Origin: Saprolegnia diclina VS20 | Lineage: Eukaryota | NCBI RefSeq assembly: GCF_000281045.1 | Contig: NW_008246077.1 | Location: 404,326 to 428,747, forward strand | Direction: 5' to 3' | DNA: 24,422 bases | Part shown: piece by piece, positions 21,326 to 24,422 of the stretch | Layout: each line of letters opens with the position of its first letter | Numbering within the stretch: the stretch's first letter is position 1 | Position numbers and translations under genes: made by a program | The notes under the pieces: generated by a model | Database searches by the model: none | What the model saw: only the letters and a program-made list of their open reading frames with translations | What the model was told of the DNA's origin: nothing

Positions 21326-21344
21326 TATACACGACATTGTGTCC

Positions 21345-21393
21345 CAAAACTCAAAACTCAAACTTCAAACTTCAAAACTCAACATTCAAACTT
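21345..21393. repeat. Heptamer tandem repeat (CAAAACT/CAAACTT) x7
   Basis: Seven consecutive 7-nt units just downstream of the stop codon at 21325, followed by A and T tracts. Confidence 0.9.
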
Positions 21394-21620
21394 CAAAAAA
21401 GAAACAAAAATATATTTTTTTTCCACATCAGGTTCACAGCCACTGACCAATAACGCCGCACTAGCACACCATGATACACCTCCACGCTAACGATTTACTT
21501 GGTCGTATTCGAGACAAGCGCAGTGTTTCCTTTAGCGAGAACACGGATCTCCGTGCTCGTCACCGAATCGGGCAGTGCAGCCGCAGATATCAAGGAGAAG
21601 GCTTCAAAGAATAGTCGGTG

Positions 21621-24267
21621 TTACGACGCCATCGAGTGACTACGGTGCAGCGGCGAGTGGGGTCGTGCTATCGGCAGTGCGAGCGATTTACGCAAGACGA
21701 GCGGCTGGCAGTTTTCGCGGTCTGCCGCCGCCAACGCCTCGGTGAAGCGGTGGATGCCCCGGAAGAAGCTACCTGCGTGCATGCGCAGCGTATCCGTGGG
21801 CAAATTGAGGAACAGCCGCATCGTCGTCTCGAGCCCATCCATAGTTTGCCCCCACGTCGCATCGCAGCGGCTGAGCGGCGTCGCCGCGTACTCTAAAAAG
21901 AGTGTGAACGTTTGAACACAGCACGTTGGCGGCCGCGCGTCAAGGGCCGTTGCAACGTGCAGCACGTGCGCGTGGAGACTCTGCAGCTGCGCGTGCAGCT
22001 CGCTCGCCGACATGTGGCTGCTCGTGACGAGCTCAAGCGATGGCAAGGTCGCGCCAAACGCCAAGAGCGTCGCATCTTGGGCCCGAAGCACCTACAGGTT
22101 TCGTCCAAAACCCTAGCCCTATGTAGCAAGTTGAGATACATACACTGGCCAGGAAGTGCAGCGCGGTGCCCGTGCTCTGAGTCGCTTGACGGACGTGGCT
22201 GAGCTTCTCGAGGTCCGTGAGCAAGTTGAACGCAACGGCGTTGCCGCGGTTCGTGCCGGCGTTGATGTGGTTCCCAAGGTCGAGGACATACCTGAGGACA
22301 GCGTGGAGCGCGTTCGACTCGGCGAGTTCTTTGCAGGCTGTCGAAACGATTGTGCAGTCGCGCTCAAACGACTGGACGGTCGAGTCAAATCTGAGGACTG
22401 TGGCGAGCAGATCGAGGAGCCGCTCGACATCGGGAATGACGAGCAGGTCGCGGAGAAAGCCTTCGGGGTGCGTCAGAAGCGCCACGTGGCCGTCAAACGA
22501 CTGCAGTGCCGCCTTCTCTGCCGGTGTTGGCAAGGCGAGGACATGTCGAACGTGCGAGATTTGATCGAAAGTAAAGCCGTCCACCTTGCCTGCGAGCAAT
22601 GCGTCAGCGACACTCGGTCGCAGCAAGGTCAAGTGGTGTGCGTCCAAAAGCTTTCGAATGTGCTTGGCGCGGCTCGGGTGCAGCAGCACCCTGTGCCCCG
22701 GCGACGTTGGCGCCCGCAGCTCAAACGCGACGTGTACTTCGTCGGCGTCGATGTTGCCGGTCGGCGCCGCCTCCCAGATTGTGCCCCGGATCGCATCCGA
22801 CGACGGCCACTTTTGCCAATGCAAGCCTTTTGGCGGTTTGACCGGCGCCGGCGACGTCGGTGGACTCACGAGACCCGCTATGTCAGATGATACGATGGTC
22901 GTCGGCGCCTCGAGCAGCGCCGCGTCGACGCCGTCAGCGATCATTCGCTGCCGAACGAGGTCCCGCGGTACGCGCACCTCGAGCATACGAAAGTACTTTG
23001 CGTAGCGCGGGTGGTGCTGCGCCGGCACGTCCGACACGCGTGGAGATAACGGGGCGACGGGCGCCGGGTGGACCTGCTCCACGAGCGCGTCCCATGCCGA
23101 CGGCTCCGTGACGGACAGAAGCGCCGTGACGACCTTGAGCGCATGGGTCTCGAGCTTGTGGTCTTTGGCGTGGAGCTGGAACTGCTGGATCGCGTCGAGG
23201 AGGAGGTCGGGCGGTGGCATGTACCGCCGTAGCAGCTGGAGGCAGCGCGCTGCTTCAAAGGCGAGGACAGTGTCGAGCTCGCGAGTATGTTCGGTGCCAT
23301 CGCCCTTCATCGCGAGCCAGGCAGGTACGTCTTGGGCAATCAGCCGCTTGGCGAACGTCGCGAGCTGTGGACTCTCGTCGCCTTCCAGAAGCGCGTGAAG
23401 GAGGCGCAGAGCGGCTTCCTGGGCGACGTCAGCGCCGTGATCCAAAAGCTCCAAGAGGTCGGCCACCACGCGGGCAGCATGACAGTGCTCCATGGCGCGA
23501 AAGAAGGCCACGTGGCCGGCTTGATGATAGACGCACACAATGCGGCATATCTGGAGTACTTTGATGCTGACGCTTTCAGAGGGTCCACCGACGCACGCCA
23601 GAAGCTCCTGAAGTCGCTCGCCATGGACCTTGGACGCAAGGTGCTCAAGTACCGATACAAAACTCAGGAGCAAAAGCACGAGGTCCAGCACAGCCACAAG
23701 CTGCACAGTGTCGTGCATGGGCGCTAATAGGGCGAGGAGCGCTTGGAGCCCCTCTTCTTGAGTGAAGAGTCGCACCCACCGTCTACCCAACGAGGATGAG
23801 CGCACGGGCGACAAGCTATAAAGAGCGCACCGGCGAGCGCGCAAAACCACAAGACGAAGCAGCCGCAGTTGCTCGATCGCGCGTTCGCGTCGGTAGTGGA
23901 GGACGCGGAGCTGTTCGATGCACTCGGTCGTTGTCGGCGCCGTCTCGACATGACCCAGTTTGAACCTACAGCGTCGATTCAATCTTCCACTGCGTCGCTT
24001 TCGTCGGACGTCGTACAGTTGGGTCTGCTGCCACTTGGAGAGACGAGACTCGAGGCGCGCGAGCTCTTCGCGCACGAGGCCTGTCGCACCCCGATGCGTG
24101 ATCAGCAGCAAGTAGGCGCCGTCAACGTCGTCGTCGTCGGTGGGCGGTGGCAGCGGCTACAACGTGATTTAGTTGCGCTGCGTCCATCGTGCACGCACCA
24201 CATCGAGGTCGGCCCACGGCTGCCGGGGCGCGATCCCGAGCCCAGGACATGAGAACGAGGCGCCCAT
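21621..24267 (-). CDS. Formin (GBD/FH3-like N-terminus and FH2 domain), multi-exon
   Basis: FH2 motifs KGLHWQK...GTIWE, LPTPAEKAAL, PEGFL...IPDVERLL, LRYVLDLGNHINAGTNRGNAVAFNL, TALHFLA and FFRGIHRF. Exon 1 (24267-24199) MGASFSC joins through intron 24198-24157 to PLPPP...LESRLSKWQ. Last intron at about 22142-22093. Confidence 0.88.
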
Positions 24268-24422
24268 TTTCAGTCGCTGCTGCCTATATACTCTCCAATG
24301 AAACGGTTCGTAACTGGCACCCAGGAGACCCAACATGTCACATTGCCATCACGATGCGTTGGGCTTGCATCTTACCAACTTCCCGACCCTTACAACCCCT
24401 CACCCCGCCAGTGGATGCCCGG

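Noticed and set aside
13174..24267. An actin-cytoskeleton cluster of LIM genes and the formin
   Set aside because: The LIM pair is explained by local duplication, and there is no evidence of co-regulation with the formin.
1..24422. U12-type introns, prompted by SNRNP25
   Set aside because: I found no GTATCCTT or ATATCCTT donor on either strand by eye. All modelled introns are ordinary GT-AG.

Overview
Gene-dense eukaryotic DNA, GC-rich in coding regions, with many ~40-52 nt GT-AG introns. The architecture and an Inr/FPR-type promoter element point to an oomycete, probably Saprolegniales (inference). Joining the fragmented ORF track across introns gives 14 protein genes. In order: a bacterial-type VOC/glyoxalase (+), a multi-pass membrane protein (-), a JMJ31-like JmjC oxygenase (-), ATE1 (-), TAF5 (+), a PhoD-family phosphatase (+), a single-LIM protein (+), a SILK/RVxF-motif protein (-), PSTK (+), SNRNP25 (+), a conserved hypothetical (-), a two-LIM protein (-), a secreted PAN/Apple + Ig-like + 7-repeat propeller protein (+) and an N-myristoylation-motif formin (-). 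No rRNA, tRNA, CRISPR array or transposon is supported. I do not see a multi-gene novel pathway. The strongest unusual signal is the secreted gene at 18730-21325, whose nine predicted introns are all phase 1, eight of them at domain or repeat boundaries (an exon-shuffling signature). Next are the degenerate FH1-poor formin, the inverted LIM duplication, the PP1-docking candidate and the possibly horizontally acquired VOC gene. All family calls come from motif recognition by eye, not database searches.
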